Origin: Callorhinchus milii
Taxonomy: Eukaryota
Length of the DNA stretch: 64,000 nucleotides
NCBI RefSeq assembly: GCF_018977255.1
Contig: NW_024704743.1
Span: 77,068,001 to 77,132,000 of the forward strand
Direction of reading: 5' to 3'
Below are positions 52,560-64,000 of the stretch, in pieces. The stretch's first letter is position 1, and every line of letters starts with the position of its first letter. The translations under genes and the position numbers were made by a program. The notes under the pieces were generated by a model. The model had not been told where the DNA came from. It worked only from the letters and a program-made list of their open reading frames with translations, and ran no database searches.

Positions 52560-54790
52560 ATCAAGCGCAATGATTATAAGTGAGGTGGGGAGGTCTTAAA
52601 CTAATATGGCAGTTGGGAAGGGGAAAAAGAAGAGTGAGGAGAAAGGAAATAAACATTGGGGGGAAGGAGAAATTAATGCAGAAAAGTAATGTAAAAGGAG
52701 TAAATAACTAACTAGCTTAGTCTGGGGATGGACTTGGAACCTGATATTCCTGGTTGCAACATTTTCAGGAGAGGAAAAATCAGAAAGGTGGGTTGGCTAA
52801 TCAAGATTTCACTGCAGCATTGGATGATAATAAAGGATGGTGTAAACACGTTTTTTTAAGAAGTTAAGGAATAAGAATGACCTTAGTCTTCAGAATTTAT
52901 GAAAGAACACTAAGAGTTGAAATGAGACTGAAAAGATGTGAAGAGATGAAACAGTGTCTTTCACATCGGGAAGACATCTCAAAGAGCTAAACAGGATATA
53001 CTGCAAAGTGTAGCAACTGTATGTTTTTATAGGGGACCACAGCAGTCAATTTGCAATGTCTCACAAAATAGCCATAGAGTGAATTATCATTTTTTTATTT
53101 GGGGGTTTGTTGGCCAGGACACCTTCTCTTTTATAAATGGTATCATCGAATTGTTAATTTCCACCTGAATAGGCAGATGAGAACTCAGTTTAACATTGCA
53201 TCGAAAGGAAGATGTGTCCAACAATGCAGCACATCCCGGCAGTGTCATGAGTTCAGTGCCCCGATAAGGAGCTTGAACCCAAGCGATGCACAGAAATAAC
53301 AGTGTCATAATAATGGGTTACTTGAATTATCCAAAATAAGATGCAATAAAAATAATATGTGGCTAAAAAGTGTTTCTACAATTTGTCCAGGACTACCTTT
53401 TTGATCAATATGGTTCTAGTCCATCAATGTAGGAGGCACAGCCTGGTCTAGTTTGGTGGAATGGGCAGAAAAGTAATCCAAGAGGAGAACATTTAGCAAG
53501 CAGCTAAAAAAATAATTAGGTTTGATTAAAAAAGAAAAGGAGGGAGAGCAGTCAAAGATAAGGTAATGAGGTGATAAGAAAAAGCAATAAGATTGTAATT
53601 AAACAGTTGGAAATCTTCAAATATAAGATAGGTAGAATTCATATCAGATTTAGTTCCACAGAAATAAAGAGGTGCATCAAAAGCTACGGTTCCTTTTTTG
53701 AATCGATTGGAATATAGAGAGAGAAAGGGGAAAAAAATAGGAAGTTTTAAAATTTTCAGAGGATGAGGAAAATTAACATTAGCATAAAAGGAAATAGTAA
53801 ATGATTATATAAACACATAAAAAGTAAAACAATAGTAAAGAAAGAGTAAGACCAATTTCAGATAAAAAAGAAATCTTGTCTTGGAGGATAAAGGAATAGC
53901 AGGGGTAATAACTCCTGTTGACCTCAGGAGTATGATACAAGGGTATGATAAGGGTAGAAAAGAATGAGGTATAACAATATGACTTAACAATATGATGAAA
54001 TTCAAAGTCTGATCAACTTAACATAGCAGTGAATAAAATAAATACGAGCTATAGCATAGGATAAAATTAATAATTACCTCGAGAAGCATGGACAGACAGT
54101 GTATGTAAAAAAAACTATTGTTGGACAAATGTATTAACTTCTTTGAGGAAATCCCTGGTATATGAACAAAAATGAATGAATAACTAACACGTGTGTGGTA
54201 GTGGATGTTGTAGGTATGGATTTGCAAAGATGTTGGAGTACTAAAACTGACCCCTGAGTAACATCACTGTTTACATCCCTCCAAACTGATCCATTTCCCC
54301 TCTAATCCGTTTTCTGTCGTTAAGACAACCTTTTATTGACACTGCTATTCTTTTTATTACCATGCATTTTATTCTTTTTAACTAAGCTCCTAAAATGACA
54401 CCCTAAGGTGTTCAAAATATGAGTCATTTTGATAAGATAAATAGGGAGAAACTGTTTGATGAGTGGATAATTATAGAGAGCATACATTAAATAATTCCCA
54501 CCCCCACCCCCAAAAAAGGGAAAGGTTAAAGGACGTGTTATCCTTTACGTACAGAGTGTTATTTGGACATGAAATGTACCACCAATACAATGGTTGAAGC
54601 AGAATCAATAATAGCTTTCAAAAGGGAACAAATATTGGAACTGAACAAATATTATATGATTTATTTATATTTATAAATCTAAATAAATCTAAATGTTATA
54701 AGAGGATATGGGGACCGAGGGCAGTGGGGTTTAAGAGGGCAGATGTGCCAGAGAGGAACTGTAGGGTGAATGGGTTGGTTCTGTGCTGCT
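52560..54790. mobile_element. Mosaic of old CR1 LINE debris (mostly +; inverted RT piece ~54235-54400; 3' end ~54410-54790)
   Basis: A-rich CR1-like text: endonuclease-like tggaacctgatattcctggt...ttcaggagag, RT-like gtggatgttgtaggtatggatttgcaaa, antisense ctgacccctgagtaacatcactg, 3' end ggatatggggaccgagggcagtgg...gaatggg. Confidence 0.6.
52955..53290 (-). mobile_element. Deu-type SINE
   Basis: ttggccaggacacc...ccacctgaataggcagatgagaactcagtttaac core. Confidence 0.72.
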
Positions 54791-54799
54791 CTCTTGAGA

Positions 54800-55120
54800 G
54801 TCTCCCATCGACTCCCTCCAGAGTGTACCCCAAAGCGCACGCGCACTCAGCTCCGAACGACCAGGCCAGGTCTGCGCAGGCGCCTAAAAAAAAAACACAC
54901 CAGTGCCCGTTATCGGCCGGAGCAGCAGCAGTGACGTCAGCGGTCGTTGATTGGCCGAGTTCCGAGGGCTCCTGGATACGGAGGCTCGGAGGCACCATAT
55001 TAATTGACAGTGCGGGACTCGATCTGGAAGAGTTGTGAAGCGAAGTGCTGAGCGTGGGGAGGATCTCCCGGGGTGTGAGAGGAGAGGAGAGGAGAGCAGA
55101 GGAGAGGCGGAGACCTGTGC
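54800..55120 (+). promoter_or_regulatory. CpG-rich TBX20 proximal promoter
   Basis: Abrupt CpG enrichment ~350-640 nt upstream of the ATG; perfect CRE TGACGTCA 54932-54939; inverted CCAAT (ATTGG) 54950-54954; NRF1-like GCGCACGCGCA 54835-54845 and TGCGCAGGCGC 54873-54883; TAATTGACAG 55001-55010. TSS not determinable. Confidence 0.75.
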
Positions 55121-55441
55121 ACCCACTCTGGTGGCACTGCAAAAAACCCATCTCCGCAACTTGAGTCAGCAGAACACTAACTAACTTTTCATCAGCAGTT
55201 TTGCTTTTCACTCAAATCCCACCAATATCTTTCCGATTGACTTGTTGGACAAAAATTTTAAATTGGTGTTTTTTCTCCCGCACAAAAACAAGACAAACCT
55301 CAGTAGTAACAGCCCATCCTGACTTTATGAAATAATCGGCGTCTTGAGAAGTTTGGACATTTTTTTTTGGGGGGGGGTGGTGGGTGGGGTAGGGGTGGGG
55401 GTGGGGGTGGGGGGGAAGAAGGTGGTGTTCTTCCTTTAATC

Positions 55442-55565
55442 ATGGAGTACATCATTCCCAAACCGCAGCTTTCGTCCCGGGCTAATGCTTTCTCCATCGC
55501 TGCTCTCATGTCAAGTGGAAATTCCAAGGCGAAAGAAACCGAAGAAAACACAATTAAACCACTTG
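55442..55565 (+). CDS. TBX20: TBX20 coding exon 1 (MEYIIPKPQLSSRANAFSIAALMSSGNSKAKETEENTIKPL), includes eh1/Groucho-binding motif FSIAALM
   Basis: ATG at 55442; translation closely matches the vertebrate TBX20 N-terminus (PKPQLSSRANAFSIAALMSSG...ENTIKPLE); donor G|GTAAG at 55565/55566; 124 nt, phase 1. Confidence 0.97.
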
Positions 55566-56290
55566 GTAAGTCAAGGCTTTAACCCAACTTTCCAGTGTCA
55601 CATCTAAATGAGTCACTTTTTTTAAAAAAAAAACAAGAGTCACCTTTCCCTATATTGTTCTTAAATATCCCAGGAGCTGAAGTTAAGTTATTTTGAATGG
55701 GGGGGGGAGTGGGGGGAAGGGGGGAGGTGGGGGGTGGGATGAGTGTAATTGTTGGGAATAATGTGTAATGAAGCGGGGCGTGAATGTTAGCCAAGGATCA
55801 GAGATTTGTTCATTAATATGCTTCACCATTGAGTGCATCTTCCTTTTGCCGTCAATAACATCAACTGTATTTTCAACAAAGCGTCGAAACAAAATAATTA
55901 TAAACAAAGTATTTATCGTAGTGCTAAAACCAATTGATTGCGTGATGCTGGACAGAAAGCCGTATATATCACGATATGGGGGGGATTTGCTCCGAAGAAA
56001 ATCGCTATAAGTTCAGTAATTTTATCTGCGTGGGGCGTCTTAGTGGGATTGTTAAATTTCTCGTTACAAAATATATTCGGTTCTCCTGAAGTTGGTCTGG
56101 AGATGTTAAACTTAGCTGTGAATGCTTTATTTCCTTAATAACACGTCTTTAATTCGAGGTACGATAGTAGTTGCAGTAATGATATATGTGGTCATGGTTT
56201 GGTACGGTTTGATTATCACTACGAAACTGATTTTCACTGCAACATGTAGACTATGTAGTACATCGCTTTTACCGCTTTTTTTTGAAACAG

Positions 56291-56522
56291 AGCAGTTTGT
56301 GGAGAAGTCGTCTTGCGTTCAAACCTTGGGTGACCTGAGCAGCCTGGAACACAAGGATTTCAGTGAGAATGCAGCTGCCGTCTGCACAGAGCCGCTCATC
56401 CCCACGATCCCCACTGTCCCCAGCGAGGAGATGGCCAAAATCACCTGCAACCTCGAAACCAAAGAGTTGTGGGACAAGTTTCACGAGCTGGGCACTGAAA
56501 TGATCATCACCAAATCTGGCAG
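56291..56522 (+). CDS. TBX20: TBX20 coding exon 2 (EQFVEKSSC...CTEPLIPT...[24 protein letters not shown]), start of T-box
   Basis: Acceptor ttttttgaaacAG|, donor AG|GTGAAC; 232 nt keeps frame with exon 1; [19 protein letters not shown] is the canonical T-box start. Confidence 0.97.
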
Positions 56523-57973
56523 GTGAACCAAACAAACAGCATTATATTTCTCCAGTCAACCAATTGCGATTAATTAATATCATAGATTGGTTAGTAATGT
56601 TGCATTAAATTTCTGTCTTCCACATAGCGTGACATTATTTATTTAAAATCTGAAATAACTATCAATTATCTATCTACCGGTTGATCATTTCATATTAGCA
56701 ACAGTTTCAGATTAAGTCTGAAATACTGTATGTATATATATATGGATATAGCTACCATTTGAATGGCATTGGGCATTTGCAACACATCGTAATTTTATTG
56801 TAATATATAAATCTGGTAACGTCAATGCTCACTGCGCCATATATCTCCAACTGCGCTCTGCAATCTTCCATCATATCAAACATCATGACCAACTTGCACT
56901 TACGCAGGAAAGCGTCTCGAAGCGCTTTTATGGGAGAAGTCATTCATTTTCTATCGGTATAATTCTAATGTGCTGTCAGCCACGGCAATGTCGAGATGTT
57001 TGTGTAATGAACATGAAACCTTTTATGACTAATCTAATTATGCGATACTAGATTTTTTTGACAAGATTTCGGGATCACATAGGTCCTTTTTCCCCACTCT
57101 AAGTGCCCGTACAAAGTAGGATCGTTGTCAATTTTTGAGTGTAAGTGACTGAAAAGCCATCCAGGTTATTATACCAAACTTCCTTGTTCTCAGTATGATA
57201 GTGTTCTGCATAAGACAGAAACCATTTGTGATACTTCAAACGAAACGTAGTTTAACTGCGGGACTCTTACCCTTTTGATGTAACTTTAATTACGTCGAAA
57301 CAAAGCGAGGCTTTAAATGAACAAATTAGTACCGTATTGTAAAACAACCAAATAAATCGAAACCTGAATGAGACGATCAGTCTTAGAGAGCAATTATAAA
57401 TAACACATTGTAATGAATACATAGTAAACAGAACCATTGTAATAACAATACATTGATGTGTAAATGATACATGTTAAATTAACTCAGTATTACCATATAG
57501 GTTTTTTGCAGTGTAACTAGAGTAATTCTGTTCAATCCAATTGTTATACAGTGTATTAGGTGATTGCAGGGATGTTTTTCTGCGGCAATGTTGTCCTTGG
57601 AGTGTAAAATACATTCCACAGCGCAATTTTTTTTAAAAAATCTACCTTTTATGCCCTTCTCAATAGAACAATGCACATTATTTTCCTAATATTTTCCGCG
57701 ATATTTTAATTTCGAAATTAATTACTGAAGCAAATAATTTCAGATACTGTACATTAAAAGTGGCGGAAATCAATTGAATACCGTACACGAACACGAATCC
57801 ATTCCTGCCTGCACCCACGCTATAGTCTTTTTTTCGCTTCACAGTCACGGGGGGGGGGGGGGGGGGGGATCTTAAGATTTAAACATGATGTATAAACAGC
57901 AATAAGTATTCGATAGTGTGAGAGGTTGAGAAGACACATTGATGAATTAAACGACTCCCCCATCTTGTTTCAG

Positions 57974-58138
57974 GAGAATGTTTCCTACTATCCGTGTGTC
58001 ATTCTCCGCGGTTGATCCCGAAGCAAAATACATCGTCCTGATGGACATCGTGCCTGTGGATAACAAGAGATATCGCTACGCATATCATCGCTCCTCTTGG
58101 CTTGTGGCCGGGAAAGCCGACCCACCATTACCTGCGAG
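57974..58138 (+). CDS. TBX20: TBX20 coding exon 3 ([55 protein letters not shown])
   Basis: Acceptor cttgtttcAG|, donor AG|GTGCG; 165 nt, phase 2-2; near-identical to the TBX20 T-box. Confidence 0.97.
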
Positions 58139-58781
58139 GTGCGCACATAACAGTGCAGTGCTGTGTTAAAGCAAAGCATGTGTGCAGAGCCAAGCCCAGT
58201 GCATAGCCCCGCAAACCTATATCTCGACGTACCTATGTCTCAGCATGTTTCATTCGTTTAATTATTAAAATTACACCCCTCTCCAGTTTATGCATTCACA
58301 ATAATATTTTTTTGATTCACAAACCTACAACAGCAGCGCTGGAAATACCATGGAATTCAGAAGGGTGAAGGAGAGGGGGTGGGGGTATCAACTTTAGAGA
58401 ATGGGCGTTATAATTCCCCGCCTGTGAAATCTGATCTTAGACCCAAATATGCTGCCAGTATTTTTTGTTGGTCGGAAATATTTCGTTAAATACGACGCAA
58501 GAAAAGTAGCGCTGCCTTGGGAAGGCTGTTTAATGGCTGGTTGTGGGTACACTGGGAATGGTCGTATTACAATTCATGGAAATAAGGCAGAGTTAGAATG
58601 TGTTCAGAGGAGCATTTTCTCGGCGTTGTTGACGAGGCTGGTCGGCGGGGGGTGGGAGGAGAGGGGGGGGGGGGGGGGGGTGTTGTGAGGGTGTAGGAGG
58701 GGGGCGGTTGTTCTTGAGCTAATAATGCTACAAAGGCAGTGAACTGACTGAATTGCCTCGTTCACTTCTCTTCACCTCCAG

Positions 58782-58889
58782 GCTTTACATTCACCCCGAT
58801 TCCCCTTCACAGGGGAGCAGCTGCTGAAACAAATGGTGTCCTTTGAAAAAGTGAAACTCACTAACAACGAGCTGGATCAGATTGGCCAC
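58782..58889 (+). CDS. TBX20: TBX20 coding exon 4 (LYIHPDS[P]FTGEQLLKQMVSFEKVKLTNNELDQIGH), apparent 1-nt deletion near 58802-58807
   Basis: Acceptor ttctcttcacctccAG|, donor CAC|GTGAG. Absent from the ORF track. LYIHPDS and FTGEQLLKQMVSFEKVKLTNNELD lie in different frames; exon is 108 nt where phase arithmetic needs 109. Confidence 0.93.
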
Positions 58890-59899
58890 GTGAGTTATAC
58901 CTGGTCTTTCATTCCATAACTCAGCACCAAAGGCCAATCTGGACTAAAAGGCACAAGATCAGTGCATGTTGTGGTCCAATTGCCAAAATTATTTCAAATA
59001 ACTTACCTTCCCAGTTGGACTTTAGTTGTTAACAGGGTATGATACCCACCTGAAAATGTGAAAGCGGGGACGCGTGTGTGTTTCAAATAATCCAGGGGCT
59101 CAAGAATATCAAAGTGTGAAAATATAAATATTGTGGAGAAAGTTAAAATTAATCTGAAATACAGTATAAACGTGGAAAATGCTAGAAATCCACAGAATTA
59201 TCTGAAAGAAAGATCTTTTTAGGTTTTCGGGTGTGAACTTTCATCAGAATATTGCACCTTGCAGTGAGCTTTTAACTATCGTGAAATGTAAGGTGACCAG
59301 CCATTCAAAGAGCTGGGAGTGTTTCTTTGTGTTTTGTTATTACAGTCGCCTACAAACTCAATATAATGTATTCAATGACTGTGAGATTTGTGTGCACATT
59401 GGTAACAAATTGGTTTCTGGCACTTCTTGGTCTGCTTTACAGATCACTTTTCTCTTACATTCCATTAAGCTGGAAATACTGAGGTTGTCTTTCTAAATCT
59501 GGAGCCCTGTCTTGATTGTGCCAACCTTCTTTTACAGTTTTACTCTTTGGTCCATTTAAATGTGACTGCACTAGACTACAATCTTAGCAATGGTAAGCAT
59601 AGAGATGCTTCCATTTGCCTTCAGCTATTCAATATTCTCTCAATCAATGGTGGCCAACCATTTTGGGTGTTGGCCAACAAAATAAGTTGCGTATTTTGTT
59701 ACAAATTCTGAATATTTCTTAATTTATGGCATAAACCTCTGCCATTTTGTTATTTATATGATTACAGTGTTTGGCCAACCAAAAAGCCTGGGTTAATAGA
59801 GGAGGACAAACTATTCACAACCCAGGATACATGCTCATTTGTCATATTCTCCAATTCCACAAACAGCATGGAGTTCAAATGAATGAATAGAACTACAGA

Positions 59900-60230
59900 T
59901 AGTACCCAATGTAGTAGAGAGCCAATTATCGGCCCAAATCAGGACGGTCCTTCATCTCTCCTCCTTGGTTGTAGAGCCTTTCATCCACACCTTTATCACA
60001 TCCAGGATCAAATATTCCAACACCATGCTTGCCTGATTCCCCAGTTCCTCTCTACACAATCTGCAGGCAATCCATAACTCTACAGCATGTGTCATCTGCT
60101 GCACCAGACTCAGTGGGCCCATCACCCATGCCCAGCTGATCATATTCAAGATCTTCTTGCGCATTTTCAAATTCCTCAATGGCCTTGCCCAACCAACTCT
60201 ACCTTTGGAAACTCCTGCAACCCTATTGCC
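59900..60230 (+). mobile_element. Degenerate L2 fragment in intron 4
   Basis: aatctgcaggcaatccataactctacagc...cccatcacccatg...ttcaagatcttcttgc motifs as in other L2 copies. Confidence 0.55.
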
Positions 60231-61564
60231 TTTTCTCTCTATTTCTGTCTCTAATTTTCTATCTTCTGTCTCTCTCCCTCTGATTTTTTTTCTATCTCTC
60301 TGGCTTTCACTCTCTCTAACTTTCTTCTCTGCCCCCTATCTACCCAGCACTACCCTCCACCTTACCTGTACCTAAATAAAAACTTACTTTTATTTACCAG
60401 CTCACACAGGTAAATGAAATCTCTCTTAACCTTGCCTGCATGTTCACAATTTTTTTTGCCAATGTCACAGCCCTGTGTTTCATGTGGGTATGCAGTGTTC
60501 TACTGTAATCCTAAACAATATATAAAATTGGCAGTTGGTGAGTCTTAATTAGGGTTTAACATGAAAATAAGATGGTGCCGGGTGCCACTTAGATTGCAAA
60601 TTTTGCATGTGCTGATCCTAGGTTAAAATTTGTATTATGTACCTGATAACAATGAACATTAGTTCATATTTTTTAATCGAATGAAGACGTTTAAGGGCCA
60701 AAGATATAGATCAGAGAGGGGAGAATTTGTGAGCCACAGTGAGGTCATGGCCATATTTATGGTCAGAAAGAATATGGTTTAGGAAAGTGATCACCTCAGG
60801 TGAACTTAATCTCATCAGTGTAAAGAAGAGCACAAAGAGCGAAAATAGTGTACAAGATTGGAGGTTTACATTACTGTATATTGCTGTGTCAGATATAAAT
60901 ATTGTTTTGGGCCTTTTTCTTATGCCAACAGTCTGACATGCTACTTTTATGTTGTCAGTTTGTCTCTGGAGACAAGCCTGTCTTGAAACAACTAAAAATA
61001 TTCAGTAGGCATTTTATCTGGCTCCAGATCCAGCAAGACCAAACTAGGAGTCAGATTGTCAGTTGCCTCTATATTCCAGAGCTCCAACTCAATACTGTAA
61101 ACTTATCAAGTCAGAGCAAGTAGACCAGACAATGTTTTTGACACCATCATATAAGTATTGCTCTGATGCCATGAGAATTGTTCATGTGTGAACTGCCACT
61201 TCAGAGGCTCATGGCACTTCCCCTTGTCAAATAGTAGTTGCAGAATCACAAAAAATCAGCCAAATCTTTCATCCTCTTCTAGCATTATCTGACAGGAGAA
61301 CACCAGCCAACAATTCTAATGAAATTCATGCCTGTGTGAACACTTTGGCATTTTCTAGAAGCTTACAAAAATATGTTCTCACCTACGGAGATTATTCAGG
61401 TGTTGTTAAAAGCAGCGACCCCAAGAACCATAGTATAACACACATTTAGATATTTTCTCACTACTCCGTCTTCCTATTGTATCCCTCTAGACATTTATTT
61501 TTCCCTCAACTGGCCTTTTTGAAATGGGTTTAAGGTAGAATTTCACACCTTTTAAAAATATGTG

Positions 61565-61860
61565 AAATGTTGGGCAAGTTTTCTTACTCCACATACCTCT
61601 GCTTACCTAGCAGTAAGGAGGAACCTGGTTGTTAGTTGATTGGCGGATCGCTTTTCTGGAGATAATAATGCTTCAAAAAACAATAATAATAATTTGGACA
61701 CTCAATCCACTGTTTGTAGGATACTGCAGTGTGCAATTGGCTGCGACATTTCACCCATAAGACATACAGTCAATTCACTTTACAATATATTCTGTAAAGC
61801 CCTTTGAGACGTCTAGAAGACGTGAAAAGCACTATATCAAATACAAGGATTATTATTATT
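61565..61860 (+). mobile_element. tRNA SINE (second family), headless copy, intron 4
   Basis: ttgggcaagttttcttactccaca core, shared tail, (TTA)n. Confidence 0.75.
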
Positions 61861-61964
61861 ATATATTGTTTTACCTACTCTTGTTGTCTTTTCTTCATTA
61901 TCTATTACCACTATTTCGCAATATGCTACATCTATATATTCAATGATGTTTAACTTCCAAACCC

Positions 61965-62210
61965 CCGAGTCCTCCTCTCCACGTTCGGTGGCTGTGCCTT
62001 CAGCTGCTATGCCCCGAGGCTCTGGAATTCCCTTCCTCACTCCCTTCACCTCGTCCCCTCTCTTCCTATTTTCAGGTCTCTGCTGAAGACCTTTCTCTTC
62101 GACCGCGCCTTTGGTCACCTTCCTCCCCCTCCCCCTGGCTCGTTACTGTAAAGCGCTCTGAGATGCCGTCCGGTGTGGAGGTCGCTACATAAATCCAAGT
62201 TGTTGTTGTG
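61965..62210 (+). mobile_element. L2 3' fragment, intron 4
   Basis: gccttcagctg...ctctggaattcccttcc...aagacctttctcttcgacc, hairpin, (TTG)n. Confidence 0.8.
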
Positions 62211-62982
62211 TTGGTTACTCGAATCCTAGTTTCCCTCTATTTTAAAGCAGCTTTCCCTGCCACCGTTTAGTTTGATGAAAGTTCATATCAGACATTAAAC
62301 AGTCGTTTCTCTTTCAAATGCTCATCGGCCTGCTTTGCATTTGTAGCATTTTCTATTTTAAAATGTGAACACATCTGATTAAATGCCAGTCCTCTTACAC
62401 ACAAACACACTATGTTGTAAACGTGAGCACAGGGAAAGCAACATCAGCTCGAATACTCCAGGGTATATAAAAACCTATGAATTTCCTATATTGTAAGAGA
62501 GAATGAGATAGCATGTTCACTGAACGGGGACATTTAAGTAAACAATAATTAGAGGGCTTTTTGTCACAATTGTTAGCTTGGTTGATGTTTGGTTCAATGG
62601 ATCGAAGCTACCATGCTAAGGCTCATTGTTTTAGTCTCCTTTGGAAGCCCTGTGTAAGGGTTGTGCAGATTTGCTTTCTGAAATGTTGTCGATGAAACCT
62701 CCCAAGGAAGGAAACAAAAGAAACAATAAGTACATAATCAGAAGGAACAAAACTCTGAAAATCTGAAACAAACATCACAAAACTTCGAAAATAGTAATAA
62801 CAGGTCAATTGCAATCGGAAAGAAAAAAAAGTTAACGTTTGTGAAATATTGAACCAGATTTCTCTCCATGAGAGTAACTTTAACCTACTGCGTATTGATA
62901 GCATTTTTTCTGTGTTTTTTTAAAAAATTATAACGTATACTTATTTGGCTACGAGTGTAACTATGATGAATGACTTTTGCAG

Positions 62983-63141
62983 ATAATATTAAACTCGATG
63001 CATAAATACCAGCCCCGGGTGCACATTATTAAAAAGAAGGATCACACAGCCTCTCTGGTTAATCTGAAGTCAGAGGAATTCCGCACCTTTATCTTCACAG
63101 AGACAGTGTTCACGGCAGTCACCGCCTATCAGAACCAACTG
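62983..63141 (+). CDS. TBX20: TBX20 coding exon 5 (IILNSMHKYQPRVHIIKKKDHTASLVNLKSEEFRTFIFTETVFTAVTAYQNQL)
   Basis: Acceptor gacttttgcAG|, donor CTG|GTGAG; 159 nt, phase 0-0; T-box motifs LNSMHKYQPR and FTAVTAYQN. Remaining exons lie beyond the window. Confidence 0.97.
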
Positions 63142-63359
63142 GTGAGTCTCACATCTGAGTATTTATTTTAACTAATGTCCTATCAGCTCGAAGGCGATTT
63201 GCAACTGAGTTTTTCAACAATCACTCCAGCACCTGGGAATAGTGTTCCAGAGTATAATCGGGAGCTCAGAACATTTCACCAAATCACTAAATGCCAAGTC
63301 CGCTTTGAAACCATTTATTCTTCCTCAAATACGTTCTTAACAAAAATGAGTTAGCACAT

Positions 63360-63600
63360 GGACAAGAAACTGACTTGCTGCGTTTTTGGCAGCTTTCACA
63401 AAATCATTCAACAAATCTCAACTCTCATGATTTGCTACATCTGTAAATATGTAGACGTGGGTACATGCAGCAGTCGGTATGAGTTTGCCTATAAAAAATA
63501 CTCAGTCACTACACTTTGCACCAAGGCAGTGAAAGTGAAGCGCTTTGAGATGTCCTCCGGACCATAAAGACGCTACGTCAAATGTAAGGAATATTATTCT
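63360..63600 (+). mobile_element. Degenerate SINE 3' part, intron 5
   Basis: cagtcactacacttt...gtgaagcgctttgagatgtcctcc...aaatgtaaggaatatta tail. Confidence 0.6.
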
Positions 63601-63697
63601 ATCTTGAACTTTCCAAATGTCATCAAAGCGAGAAAATTCACTGTTAAAAATGACTTCCAAACAGGTAAATTAATATTTTAAAACTTAAGTCAGTTTG

Positions 63698-63710
63698 CAC
63701 TCACTCACTC

Positions 63711-63744
<34 letters not shown>
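63698..63744. repeat. (CACT)n / (CA)n microsatellite
   Basis: Direct reading. Confidence 0.9.
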
Positions 63745-63745
<1 letters not shown>

Positions 63746-64000
63746 AGTATATAATACACACACAGCACATGTGTAAAAATGGGCCATAATATACTCGAAA
63801 ATGATTCGTTTCTAGACAAATCGTATTTAAATTGGTATAAAGTGAGAACACCGCAATCAAACGAGGTTCGATGTGCAGAGCAGAACAGCAGCAGAGCAGA
63901 TTAGATAAAGTACAACTCAACATGATCTTGTACCCCTCCGACCACCCCCCACCCCCCCAACCCCACAATTTCACAGCACCTAAAATATTTTCCCTGTCGC

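Noticed and set aside
54696..55211. 171-aa antisense ORF across the promoter
   Set aside because: No recognisable domain, non-ATG start, runs into CR1 debris; expected by chance in GC-rich DNA
58801..58830. Alternative acceptor ccccttcacAG (58812) rescuing the exon 4 frame
   Set aside because: Gives a 77-nt exon that is still out of frame with exon 5

Overview
Eukaryotic (vertebrate) genomic DNA, most likely from a cartilaginous fish. That assignment is inferred from the mix of L2 and CR1 LINEs, Deu-domain tRNA SINEs and a conservative TBX20 protein. The first ~54.8 kb contain no recognisable host coding exon. This is a gene desert densely filled with 5'-truncated L2 and CR1 fragments and at least two tRNA-derived SINE families, interspersed with repeat-free islands that look like cis-regulatory elements. 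From ~54.8 kb on the + strand lie the CpG-rich promoter, 5'UTR and first five coding exons of the T-box transcription factor TBX20; the gene continues beyond the window. As assembled, exon 4 is one base short (108 nt where 109 is required), giving a frameshift and an early TGA. This is most probably a homopolymer consensus error but needs checking. I found no prokaryotic-type system such as CRISPR and no convincingly new biological system. The best leads are the frameshift, candidate enhancers around TBX20, and the covarying 3' hairpin shared by the L2 and SINE families. Repeat boundaries are approximate (about +/-10-30 nt) and repeat family names come from recalled consensus motifs, not database searches.
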